Part shown: positions 51,862-61,013 of the stretch, in pieces
How positions within the stretch are numbered: position 1 is the stretch's first letter
Layout of the letters: each line of letters begins with the position of its first letter
Assembly: GCA_963555755.3 (NCBI GenBank)
Contig: OY820905.2
Coordinates: 1,216,001-1,280,000 of the forward strand
Direction: 5' to 3'
Length of the DNA: 64,000 nt
Source: Nitrospirales bacterium
GTDB lineage: Bacteria; Nitrospirota; Nitrospiria; Nitrospirales; UBA8639
Translations under genes and position numbers: made by a program
Notes under the pieces: generated by a model
What the model saw: the letters and a program-made list of their open reading frames with translations, nothing else
Databases searched by the model: none
Told to the model about the DNA's origin: nothing

Positions 51862-52021
51862 GAGCCTGTCCGAGATTAGCAATCGTCACGAGGGTGTGCG
51901 GGTTTGAGTCAGATGTTTCGATCGTTTGAGGCGAATAGTGTGACTATTCAACGAAAAGGATCGGAAGATCTGGCCAAATCCCGCACATCCACAGTAGATT
52001 CGGCTAATCTCGGACAGGCTC
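51862..52021. mobile_element. MITE family F, TSD CTAG
   Basis: Terminal inverted repeat gagcctgtccgagattagc; solo ends at ~14030 and ~63141. Confidence 0.85.
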
Positions 52022-52181
52022 CTAGCACAGACAGTTGAAACGCATGGACCATTACCCCCTCTACCTCCCCTCCCCCTCCTTACAAAGGAGGGGATTGACA
52101 ACACCAGGGGCAGCGACTAAAGAAAAATCATAAACGAGACGACCAAGATAATCGAGAGGTTTTTATTTATACAGCTTTCCA

Positions 52182-52787
52182 ATGCGGAGAGTACAACTCA
52201 CCATGTGGTCTAGGAGCCTTCAATCAATCCTTGTCGTTGTTATTATCACGCTTACTGGATGCGCATCAAACATTCAATGGAAGGCAGAGGAACACCCACT
52301 CCCGGCTTGCATCCCCGACCATGCACCGACATGGGAGGAGTTCACCAAGTCTTACGGAAATAATAAGAACTCCGCACAAACGGCGGTCGTGATCACACTT
52401 GACCAAGTCGATCCGCCTTTTTTACAAGCCAGGTTTGACCCGGATCAATCATGGGTCCAACCCCACATTGTGGAAGCCTGGTATCCCTACGAACAGAGCA
52501 TCGCCAATCGATTGCTTCGACATGAGCAACTCCACTTCGCCATCAGTTGTTTGCTCGTCCGCCAAGCCAACACGTCCATGGAAACCGGGGACAATCCATA
52601 CCAAATGCTCCAACTCGTCCGTGCTACTGCCACACGGTTGAATCGGCTATACGACAAAGAGACCAACCACGGCACGATCGCGAAGAAACAAGCGCAATGG
52701 GAACAGGACGTCGAGCAACAACTCAAAGAAGTAACAGGATTTCGATCCTCAAACCAAGCTCATGCTGCGGTAAAAGTTCAGCCTTAA
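52182..52787 (+). CDS. DUF922-like Zn-peptidase lipoprotein
   Basis: LTGC lipobox; SWV, LLRHEQLHF and YDKETNHG. Confidence 0.8.
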   Translation: MRRVQLTMWSRSLQSILVVVIITLTGCASNIQWKAEEHPLPACIPDHAPTWEEFTKSYGNNKNSAQTAVVITLDQVDPPFLQARFDPDQSWVQPHIVEAWYPYEQSIANRLLRHEQLHFAISCLLVRQANTSMETGDNPYQMLQLVRATATRLNRLYDKETNHGTIAKKQAQWEQDVEQQLKEVTGFRSSNQAHAAVKVQP

Positions 52788-52887
52788 CAGCTTCGTCGCT
52801 CAACAGGAGGAAATACCATGGTCTCATTGAGAGATCAGAATACGCAGAACCGATGAATTCTAGGATTGAACCTGTGAGTTCAACCAC

Positions 52888-52923
52888 GAGCCTCACACCT
52901 TACGGTGTGGGGCTCCTTTTTTT
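52888..52923 (+). terminator. Intrinsic terminator
   Basis: gagcctcacacc-ttac-ggtgtggggctc followed by a T-run. Confidence 0.75.
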
Positions 52924-53075
52924 GGGTAGATTTCAACGGGTGGGGTTTAGGGAACGAAAACCCTCTTGCCCTTGTGAAAAGTGATCGGTCATTCCCGCAG
53001 TTGTAAGCGGGAATCCAGGTTTGATTTATTCGGTACAAAATCTTCAACCCCGCATCTCCATAAAAAAACCAAAGC

Positions 53076-53279
53076 GCATGGATCCCCGCCTACAACCGCG
53101 GGGATGACGGGACTCACATTGACGAACCGCTCCTATAGAAACATACCTTGCGCGTTAGATTGTCATTTCGACCAACGGGAGAAATCTCGTCGTTTCTCAC
53201 ACCAAGCAACCTGTGCCATCCCAAAGAATAGATTGCTCGCGGAGCTTGTCCTGAGGAGCGTCGAAGGGTTCGAAATGAT
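53076..53279 (+). repeat. ~200-bp direct repeat, copy 1 (REP-like composite)
   Basis: Near-identical to 54531-54735. Confidence 0.85.
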
Positions 53280-53472
53280 AAAAGAAATGCCTGGGACGTA
53301 GTTCAAAATTTAATATGCAGGGTGTCGCCCCTGCAGACGAGATCCTTTTGTCTCGGCAAAAGGACCCAAAACCATTTCCGCCCCAGCGTGCTCCTCAGCC
53401 TCCGCGGGGGCAGACTGTTCAGGTTCCCTGCAAGGAGTTCCCAAATCCGGCGGCTGCACATCCTCCTCGTAT

Positions 53473-53686
53473 GGGCCTGTTGAATATTGCGCTCCAATAG
53501 CCAATCAAAGCTCCAGATGAGCCACGCATCGTCAAGGGGAGGGAATGTTCAAAAAAGCATGCCCTGAGTCTTTCCGAAGGGTCTATCCAGCAAGGCCGCA
53601 GCCCTTTTGACGCGCGGAGCGTACTCTCAGTACGTGAGCACGGCAAAATGGCGAGAACGCCGCTGGCGGCTTTTTTCAACATTCCC
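53473..53686 (-). mobile_element. MITE family C nested in the apical hairpin of a family A half-element (to 53764), TSD CGTAT
   Basis: cgtat|gggcctgttgaa ... ttcaacattccc|cgtat. Confidence 0.8.
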
Positions 53687-53763
53687 CGTATGGAAAGGAC
53701 GAACAACGCCGCCAGATGGGATGGATCGACGCCCAAACATGGGAAGTTATTTTTGCGCGAGCC

Positions 53764-54312
53764 CTAAGCCCACAACTCGGCTAACGAGATATGCAAGTCG
53801 GGCCAGTCAGGGTGGGTTAACACAGAGGAGCTTTGGGCTTGGACGATCAACTCAAATGTGGTCCCAGTAGAGCGATAGCATTCTAAAACCTGCGTCTCAG
53901 GATCAACCATCCAATAATGAACCACACCCAAAGTTGCATATCGATTGGCCTTGGCAGTGCGATCATACTCACGAGTCGAAGGGGATAAGATTTCCACCAA
54001 TAACAGTGGAGGGCCCTCGATACCACGTGTCGATATTTGTTCAGGATTGGTCACGAGCACCAAATCGGGTTGGACCACATCCTGGTTGGTCAAAATTACG
54101 TCAATAGGGGCATCAAAAACTTCTCCTTGGCCCGGCTCTTCAAAGTAGGCTTCTAATATCCGCTGAAGGCGTTTCGAAACCCGTTGGTGAAGAGGGCTTG
54201 GGGCTGGCGTCACGTGTAAGTCTCCTTCCAATAATTCATACCGCTTCCCATCGGATGGAATATGCACGTAATCCGAATACTCCAATTTAGTTTTGAGACC
54301 AGGGCTTGTCAT
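53764..54312 (-). CDS. Uma2-family (DUF820) endonuclease
   Basis: RYELLEG, PAPSPLHQ, VQPDL, VEILSPS and YWMVDP. Confidence 0.92.
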   Translation of the reverse strand: MTSPGLKTKLEYSDYVHIPSDGKRYELLEGDLHVTPAPSPLHQRVSKRLQRILEAYFEEPGQGEVFDAPIDVILTNQDVVQPDLVLVTNPEQISTRGIEGPPLLLVEILSPSTREYDRTAKANRYATLGVVHYWMVDPETQVLECYRSTGTTFELIVQAQSSSVLTHPDWPDLHISLAELWA

Positions 54313-54530
54313 CGTTCATCATCCTTTCCGCCCATTATACGCTCGTCTCTTGCGTGTTGAAAGGAGAGGTTAAAATTTTTCAACACCAAAATCTTGAATA
54401 TACTCCACGAAAACCCTCTTCCCCCTGTGCAAATTGATCCATCATTCCCGACATCCTTTCTGGGGGATCCAGGTTTTAATTTGTAGATTCGCGAACCCTC
54501 CACACCCCAACGCCACAAAAAAACGGCCAC

Positions 54531-54735
54531 GCATGGATCCCCGCCTACAATCGCGGGGATGACGGGACTCACATTGACGAACCGCTCCTATAGAAACATA
54601 CCTTGCGCGTTAGATTGTCATTTCGACCAACGGGAGAAATCTCGTTGTTTCTCACACCAAGCAACCTGTGCCATCCCAAAGAAAAGATTTCTCGCGGAGC
54701 TTGTCCTAAGCAGGGTCGAAGGGCTCGAAATGACA
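54531..54735 (+). repeat. ~200-bp direct repeat, copy 2
   Basis: Near-identical to 53076-53279. Confidence 0.85.
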
Positions 54736-54907
54736 ACTGTATCGCCTTGGACTCAATTTCGCTGCCATTGAGACAAAGCCCCACATAAAAAAAAGGTGGG
54801 CGATGCCCACCCTACACAACCCTCATGATCCCATTTCCGAACCAATCTTATTGCACTTTGAGCCAACATCCCTTGACCCACCACAGTTCCCTCAGTAAGA
54901 TCGACCC

Positions 54908-55189
54908 ATGGCACGTTTCCCTTTTGATCCTCGAAACGTTGGCTCCATGCCGCCCGGCATGCGTCCTAAACCCAGTCCTTCTCAGGGTAACCCCAATTCG
55001 CAGTTTCAGTCGCTGAATGCCACTCTGTTGTTTTGTCCTACCTGTAAGGAGGCCACTCCTGTCCGCGAACGACTGTTGTTGGTCCTGCCATCCGGTAACA
55101 AGTACGATTACACATGCGCGCACTGTGGCACTTCCACGGGTGAAAAAACCGACCAAGAACAGCAAGGTTCGCAGTTGATTATTCCTTAA
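54908..55189 (+). CDS. Small zinc-ribbon protein
   Basis: CPTC...VRERLLLVLP...YTCAHCG. Confidence 0.75.
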   Translation: MARFPFDPRNVGSMPPGMRPKPSPSQGNPNSQFQSLNATLLFCPTCKEATPVRERLLLVLPSGNKYDYTCAHCGTSTGEKTDQEQQGSQLIIP

Positions 55190-55325
55190 TTTTTTCCTTC
55201 ATGCAGATTCCCGCCGCAATCAGCAGGGTTATAACATGATTGGAAAATCCCCCTAACCCCCTTTTCCAAAGGGGGAACATCGAGGGTTACCCTTCTCAGA
55301 GTACCGGGGAAAAGCGTGGTAACGG

Positions 55326-57188
55326 TTAAGACTGTTCCTGTTTGGGAACCGGGAGGCCTTCCATGGCCATGATGCGGAGGGCGTTGGTGGTGGGACAGGG
55401 GCCGGGACGGAGGTGATAGTCAAACTTTAATTCTTTTTCTCCGACGGTTTCTTGGAAGTGGACGTTGGTAATGCCTGGCAATTCGTCTTCTAGTCTAGCT
55501 AATTCCAGATCATGAGTCGTGACCAGCCCCAACCCGTGTCCGGTGGTGAGTTCTCGAATGTAGGCTTCGCTGCCGAGTAATCGTTCACGATTGTTCGTGC
55601 CTTTAAAAATTTCGTCGATCAGGTACAGCACGGGATCCTGTTCACCATTCCCCACCGCAAGCAAAATTCCTTTGAGCCGTTTCACTTCGGCATAAAAATA
55701 GGACAGACCTTCTTCAAGGGAATCGCCCACACGAAGGCATGAATGGAGGCGCACCCACGACCATTCCCACGTATCCGCACACACCGGTCCCCCGGCTTGG
55801 GCCAAACACACGTTGATGCCGATCGTCCGCAGAAACGTGCTTTTTCCGGACATGTTTGAACCGGTCACTAAAAACAGTTGGCCAACGGCTTGAAGATCAA
55901 AATCATTACTCACACGTTGTTCGTGCCGTAGAAGAGGATGCCCCAGTGATGTGGTGACCACTCCTGCGTCTTGGTCAGCAGGATTCTCACGCCGCGTTGG
56001 CCACACATAGGTGGGATTAAGAAAGGCAAAGGTGCTCAGGGCCATGGCCGCATCAATGGTGGCAACCTGCTCAAGCCAGACAGGCAACACGGGTCGGAGA
56101 CGTTCACACACTTTTTGAAGATACCAGGTCCAGGCCATATCCCACGGGCCAATCAGATTGACCGCGATGTGAATCAAGGGATGGCCTTTGATACTCAGCC
56201 CGCTACAAATTTTGGCTAATTGCTTGATAGCCAAGGATGGTGGTTCGTCACCTGTTCGAAAGGGTTCGGTGACATGTCGAATAGCCTCCTCCCGTTCGAA
56301 GGATCTCTTTTCCAAGACTCGGATGACCGCAGCCAGCTTGGCTAGCTCCATCTGCAAATCGATCGTTCGTTCAAACACATGACCTAAGCGGGCTCTGGTC
56401 ATCAATATCAGGAATCCATAGCAAAGAAATGAAATGATCCAATATCCTGGACCGAATCCCATGGCCCATATGGCAAACAACACCACATTGATAGTGGCCA
56501 AGCCGGTAGCAACACTCAGTTGCAATTGGAGGTGGGGAACATCAAAGGTATTTTTTAAGAGAACATAAATCCGGTCTCCATTGATGGGGGCATGACTCAC
56601 CAGTTTGGCCACTAAGCGCATGCGATCGCGTAACCCGGAGTACCGCGTGAAGGCTTTGACTAATGCCTGTCGGGAACACCAGTCAGTAAAGGAAAGCGGA
56701 TGGTCGTTTTGGTCCGCCACCCAGGACATTAAACGCGTTTGCCCCTCATTGGACACCGTGGTGTCCAATAACCGAAGCAAGGAATGCCCGCCCACAAGAT
56801 CCAGGTCTCCACCATGTGGATGGTCCGCAGGCAGGACCAAGTGGGATTCGAGAATACCCTCCCAATCCAGTTGCAACCGTGCTAAATTCGTGTGTTTGAT
56901 CTGGATCCATAGTCGAAGCCTCGTCAAACCGTCTTCTAACCGACTATGATACTGGGCCACGATCGTGAAGAGGATTATCCAGGCGACCAATACCCAGTTT
57001 CCCGTGACGAACCATTCATGATTGTACAACAGCCCGCACACGACAATGGCTAAGAGCACAATCCCCATGCGAACGCGGCTAAACATGGCGCTTCGTGTTT
57101 TACCGAACTCGAGCATTCGAGTACCGCGATCGATTCCACGAACTATGGCCTGCTCACGCCGTTGTTTGTCATAACCGGTATTCATCAT
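55326..57188 (-). CDS. Membrane-anchored MutS-domain-V ATPase family protein
   Basis: GHPLL, TGSNMSGKST, SYFYAEV, DEIFKGTN and TTHD; TM segments; no mismatch-binding domain. Confidence 0.88.
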   Translation of the reverse strand: MMNTGYDKQRREQAIVRGIDRGTRMLEFGKTRSAMFSRVRMGIVLLAIVVCGLLYNHEWFVTGNWVLVAWIILFTIVAQYHSRLEDGLTRLRLWIQIKHTNLARLQLDWEGILESHLVLPADHPHGGDLDLVGGHSLLRLLDTTVSNEGQTRLMSWVADQNDHPLSFTDWCSRQALVKAFTRYSGLRDRMRLVAKLVSHAPINGDRIYVLLKNTFDVPHLQLQLSVATGLATINVVLFAIWAMGFGPGYWIISFLCYGFLILMTRARLGHVFERTIDLQMELAKLAAVIRVLEKRSFEREEAIRHVTEPFRTGDEPPSLAIKQLAKICSGLSIKGHPLIHIAVNLIGPWDMAWTWYLQKVCERLRPVLPVWLEQVATIDAAMALSTFAFLNPTYVWPTRRENPADQDAGVVTTSLGHPLLRHEQRVSNDFDLQAVGQLFLVTGSNMSGKSTFLRTIGINVCLAQAGGPVCADTWEWSWVRLHSCLRVGDSLEEGLSYFYAEVKRLKGILLAVGNGEQDPVLYLIDEIFKGTNNRERLLGSEAYIRELTTGHGLGLVTTHDLELARLEDELPGITNVHFQETVGEKELKFDYHLRPGPCPTTNALRIMAMEGLPVPKQEQS

Positions 57189-57233
57189 TTCGACCGCGGA
57201 CGATACGTGGTACTTTGAAAATCGTCAACACCC

Positions 57234-58133
57234 ATGCTTAACCACACCATTGACATTCTTATTTTGACGGACGTCGATCCCAATGAGCTGACGGGATTAA
57301 TCAATCAACCCGGACTCTTGGGAACGTGGACCGAGAACCAAACGATTCACGTGTACTGGGACCCGGACCATTGGTCACCGCAAGCCCAGGCTTCGATTTA
57401 TACCGCCTTGCACACCTTAGGCATGGCTCACCCGGAAGAACTGGTTTCCACGCACACCCTCCCAGCTCAAGATTGGAATGCCAATTGGGCTCGCCAGGTA
57501 CAACCGATACGTATTGGAAAACGTGTGCGGATTCGACCGAGTTGGGAGCCTGCCTCGACGGATCCGCAGGACATCGATTTGATCATCGATCCCAAGCAAG
57601 CCTTTGGAACCGGACATCATGCCACCACCCAACTGCTCACCGAATGGCTCGAAGACGTAATTCAGGGCAGCGAAACCCTCTTAGACATCGGCACGGGTTC
57701 GGGCATTTTGGCGATGGTGGGCATACGATTGGGTGCGCGGAGAGCCTTGGGATTCGATTGCGATGCTCGAGCGATAGAATGCGCAAACGAGTATGCCCAT
57801 ACGAATGGATTCGGGGAGGAGCTTGAATTCACTGTCGCGACTCTTGAACACTGCTCGCCTTTCCCGTGGGACATCGTCGTCGCCAATATTGACCGTCGAA
57901 CTCTTTTAGAAATCGTAGGGATATTGGACCAGTTCATTTCAAAGACCGGACACCTCTTTCTCTCCGGTCTGTTGCTTGATGATCGCGACGAAATCAGCAC
58001 CGCATTTGAGGAGAACGGATGGACGATTCTTCAGAGTCGAATTCGGGAAGAATGGGTGGCGCTGCGACTCAATCAGTCGCAGACGGCTCCTCCGGTAAGT
58101 GTTCGAGATATTCAATCAACGCATGATAGGTGA
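57234..58133 (+). CDS. prmA: Ribosomal protein L11 methyltransferase
   Basis: DWNANW, IDPKQAFGTGHHATT, DIGTGSGIL and VVANI. Confidence 0.9.
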   Translation: MLNHTIDILILTDVDPNELTGLINQPGLLGTWTENQTIHVYWDPDHWSPQAQASIYTALHTLGMAHPEELVSTHTLPAQDWNANWARQVQPIRIGKRVRIRPSWEPASTDPQDIDLIIDPKQAFGTGHHATTQLLTEWLEDVIQGSETLLDIGTGSGILAMVGIRLGARRALGFDCDARAIECANEYAHTNGFGEELEFTVATLEHCSPFPWDIVVANIDRRTLLEIVGILDQFISKTGHLFLSGLLLDDRDEISTAFEENGWTILQSRIREEWVALRLNQSQTAPPVSVRDIQSTHDR

Positions 58134-58452
58134 ATTTGCGAACACCAGACTTCGTGGCGGGTTCTCCGTCGAGATTCCGCTGCAACCAAACGGTGTCTTC
58201 CACTTCTGCATTGGCTTCGTTACAGAGCATCCACATTTGGTGAAGAAATTCAACTGACAATCCAACTTGCACCCCTTCCGACTCAATCCGATCATCTAAG
58301 ATCGCCAGGAGATCCGAAATGGCCTGATCCGGACGGTACGCCTGCGAAGCATAGCCAAACGATTGCATCGTCGCTTCATCCTGTTTGGCTTGCTCAACTA
58401 AATCGTGCATATACTCCTTGAGCAGTCCAATGTGTCTACCAGAAAGGCGCAT
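58069..58452 (-). CDS. Conserved hypothetical protein
   Basis: 127-aa ORF with natural composition, directly after the cyclase gene. Confidence 0.7.
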   Translation of the reverse strand: MRLSGRHIGLLKEYMHDLVEQAKQDEATMQSFGYASQAYRPDQAISDLLAILDDRIESEGVQVGLSVEFLHQMWMLCNEANAEVEDTVWLQRNLDGEPATKSGVRKFTYHALIEYLEHLPEEPSATD

Positions 58453-58459
58453 AGGAATC

Positions 58460-59104
58460 TCACCTTAGTCTAAGAATCGCCCGAACCGGCGCTCCCTCTA
58501 CCCCTTCCAGCCGCAGAGGAAACCCGGAAAACCAATACGGGCCTTCTTCAATGTCCACGAGGTTCAGACACACAAACACGGGGATATTAGCCTGAGCCAC
58601 AACAGTGTGGGCGGGGAAGGTTTCAGGAGAAGTCAACGCGTCAAGACTATAGTAATCCCAACCAATAGAAAGAGGGTGTCGTTCGCATAAATACGCCGCA
58701 GCCTCGGCGGATAACGTACAGTACTCTTTTGAAAATGTTTTCTGGTGCAATAAGGACCCATTATCGGTCTTCAAAAGAATATGATGCTGCTTAGGAATCG
58801 AGAGCCCTTCCATATCAGTTTTTTCAATTGACTGTTTGCCCTGCTGACGTATTACCAAGGCCGGCCCGTAAAAGCACTCCAAGGCCAAATCTTCCAACAA
58901 CGTTCCGTGAGCCAAAAAATGAGCAGGCGCATCAACGTGCGTGCCGACATGACACCCCAGGGAAAAAGTTGAAGCGGTGAGGGAATCGCCTTGCTCAAGA
59001 TCCGACACACGTCGGATCAGGGGAGGAGAATTTCCCGGATACACCAACGTGTGTTCGGATAGAGGAAGGGTGATATCAAACAGGTGTCGCGAGGAACATT
59101 CCAC
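58460..59104 (-). CDS. Cyclase / kynurenine formamidase family protein
   Basis: DITLPL, HVGTHVDAPAH and GAPVRA. Confidence 0.88.
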   Translation of the reverse strand: MECSSRHLFDITLPLSEHTLVYPGNSPPLIRRVSDLEQGDSLTASTFSLGCHVGTHVDAPAHFLAHGTLLEDLALECFYGPALVIRQQGKQSIEKTDMEGLSIPKQHHILLKTDNGSLLHQKTFSKEYCTLSAEAAAYLCERHPLSIGWDYYSLDALTSPETFPAHTVVAQANIPVFVCLNLVDIEEGPYWFSGFPLRLEGVEGAPVRAILRLR

Positions 59105-59186
59105 AAGTGGAAAACTACCACATCTCGACTTGAGAGGAAATGGCTACAACTTCTTAGAATTCTGGGAAAATTCGTTGCGCATTTAA

Positions 59187-59360
59187 CTCGAAATACGAAT
59201 ATCGAAATCCGAAACACATCCGAAATCCCAAACTCGAATGTTTGTAAAATCCCCCTAACCCCCTTTTCCAAAGGGGGAATCTAGGGGGAAACCCCATAGC
59301 CAGCTATGGGAATAGCAAGTGTCACTGTGTTTCGAATTTCGATATTCGAGTTTCGGATTT
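59187..59360. repeat. Inverted heptamer arrays (CGAAATC-like) enclosing a CCCCTTTTCCAAAGGGGG palindrome
   Basis: cgaaatacgaatatcgaaatccgaaac versus gtttcgaatttcgatattcgagtttcggattt. Confidence 0.7.
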
Positions 59361-59365
59361 GCTCA

Positions 59366-59986
59366 TTAGGCGTCCCCCCACAACGCGGCCAAACGCGAAT
59401 CTCGGCCACAGGCCAGGCGGTAAAATTTATACCGGAGCGGATTGGTCTGATAATAGTTTTGGTGAAAGTCCTCTGCCGGATAGAAGGTTGTACCTTGGGT
59501 AATATCAATGACAATAGGTTCGGGAAAGGTCTTGGTTTTTTCTATGTGCGTTCTTGAGGCTTCCGCCAACTGCTGTTGTTCTTCAGTGTGATAAAAAATC
59601 TCAGGCCGATACTGATTCCCGTGATCACAAAACTGCGCATCCGGGGTAGTCGGATCAACATTCCGCCAATACACGTTCAATAACTCTTCGTACGTGACCT
59701 TTGTCGGATCATATTCAATTTGCACGGCTTCGGTATGACCCGTTCCACCTGCGGAGACTTCGGGATAGGTCGGATCGACTGTGTGCCCACCGGTATACCC
59801 AGACGTTGTCGAAACGACCCCATCGAGTTCATCAAATGGATGCTCCATGCACCAGAAACATCCTCCAGCAAATGTGGCTTTGGCAAAATTGCCTTCAGGG
59901 CTCTGGCTCAATGTTGGCCCGCTCATACTCATCACCAACCACACACTCAAGCCTAAGAACACCAGCAATTTATATCGGTTCATCAT
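59366..59986 (-). CDS. msrA: Peptide-methionine (S)-S-oxide reductase with signal peptide
   Basis: AGGCFWC, GYTGG, GHTEAV and FYPAEDFHQNYY. Confidence 0.95.
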   Translation of the reverse strand: MMNRYKLLVFLGLSVWLVMSMSGPTLSQSPEGNFAKATFAGGCFWCMEHPFDELDGVVSTTSGYTGGHTVDPTYPEVSAGGTGHTEAVQIEYDPTKVTYEELLNVYWRNVDPTTPDAQFCDHGNQYRPEIFYHTEEQQQLAEASRTHIEKTKTFPEPIVIDITQGTTFYPAEDFHQNYYQTNPLRYKFYRLACGRDSRLAALWGDA

Positions 59987-60035
59987 TGTGCCTCCGTAGC
60001 TTCAAACTTCTTTTGTGTAGTTGCTCTCAACTGGT

Positions 60036-60220
60036 AACTACTCAGGCATTTAGGCTAAAGACTGAAGGCTATCGCTCAGTACCTAACGCTCGGATCAAGC
60101 CATTCAAGATCTTCTCGATTTCGACGATCTTTGGTTCAATCAGTAACGAATCCAGTTGTATGATCACGCATGATTGGCCCCTAAAAACCTTCGGCCTTCA
60201 GTCTATCCCCCTGAGTAGTT
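60036..60220 (-). mobile_element. Inverted-repeat-bounded cassette with an internally deleted four-helix-bundle gene
   Basis: 11-bp inverted repeat aactactcagg / cctgagtagtt; MRDHT start at 60171 joined out of frame to ...EIEKILNGLIRALGTER*; heptamer flanks. Confidence 0.7.
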
Positions 60221-60282
60221 GCTCCCTACATGACGTCATCGTTACAGTCACAGATTCCCAACAATCGTTACAACTCAATACA

Positions 60283-60423
60283 GGGCACCTCTAAAAACCA
60301 GGCATTTTTTGTGAGGGCAAGGAAGCCGCGCGCGGAAAACCGGAGTGTATGGGCGAATACATGAGGATTTGAGCACGCGGCTGACGCCGGCATCACGGAA
60401 AAGGACGGTTTTTAGAGGTGCCC
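60283..60423 (+). mobile_element. MITE family B, TSD TACA
   Basis: One substitution relative to the consensus. Confidence 0.9.
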
Positions 60424-60448
60424 TACAGTCATAATAGGAGACCGGACA

Positions 60449-61009
60449 GTGCCGAGGAACCACACTCAATGCTTGCCTGACCATATTCAACCCGGTGTCC
60501 GGATATTATTTATTGGCATTAATCCAGGATTGCGGTCGGCTGAAGTGAGTCATCACTATGCCGGGCATTCCAACCGATTTTGGAAACTGCTTTATGAATC
60601 GAACTGTGTGCCCATTCCGCTTACCTATCACGACGACTGGCGACTCCCGGAATGGGGCTACGGTCTGACCAATATCGTCGAACGCCCAACCACCGGCATC
60701 CATGAACTCACAACGGTTGATTATACCAAGGGACGCAAAACCCTCCTAATGAAGATTCGTCACTACCGGCCAAAGATTATGGCCGTGTTGGGCATCACCG
60801 TAAGGAATGCGCTATTCCCCACAACCACACACACGCCATCCGGAGAAAAGACAATCACACATCAATCTCGCGTGGGCCTCCAGAATGAAAAATTCGGTGG
60901 CGCTGCCGTCTTTGTGTTGCCTAATCCAAGTGGAAGGAATGCCCATTACTCTTTTGACCAGATGCTCAACCTATTTCGTCAACTTCGAAACCTGAGCAAA
61001 AAAATGTAG
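60449..61009 (+). CDS. mug: G/U mismatch-specific DNA glycosylase
   Basis: GINPG, NRFWKLL, GLTN and LPNPSGRN. Confidence 0.9.
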   Translation: MPRNHTQCLPDHIQPGVRILFIGINPGLRSAEVSHHYAGHSNRFWKLLYESNCVPIPLTYHDDWRLPEWGYGLTNIVERPTTGIHELTTVDYTKGRKTLLMKIRHYRPKIMAVLGITVRNALFPTTTHTPSGEKTITHQSRVGLQNEKFGGAAVFVLPNPSGRNAHYSFDQMLNLFRQLRNLSKKM

Positions 61010-61013
61010 TTTT

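Noticed and set aside
44820..61009. DNA-repair gene cluster (radical SAM, MutS-like, mug)
   Set aside because: The genes are scattered, on different strands and separated by unrelated genes; no operon evidence.
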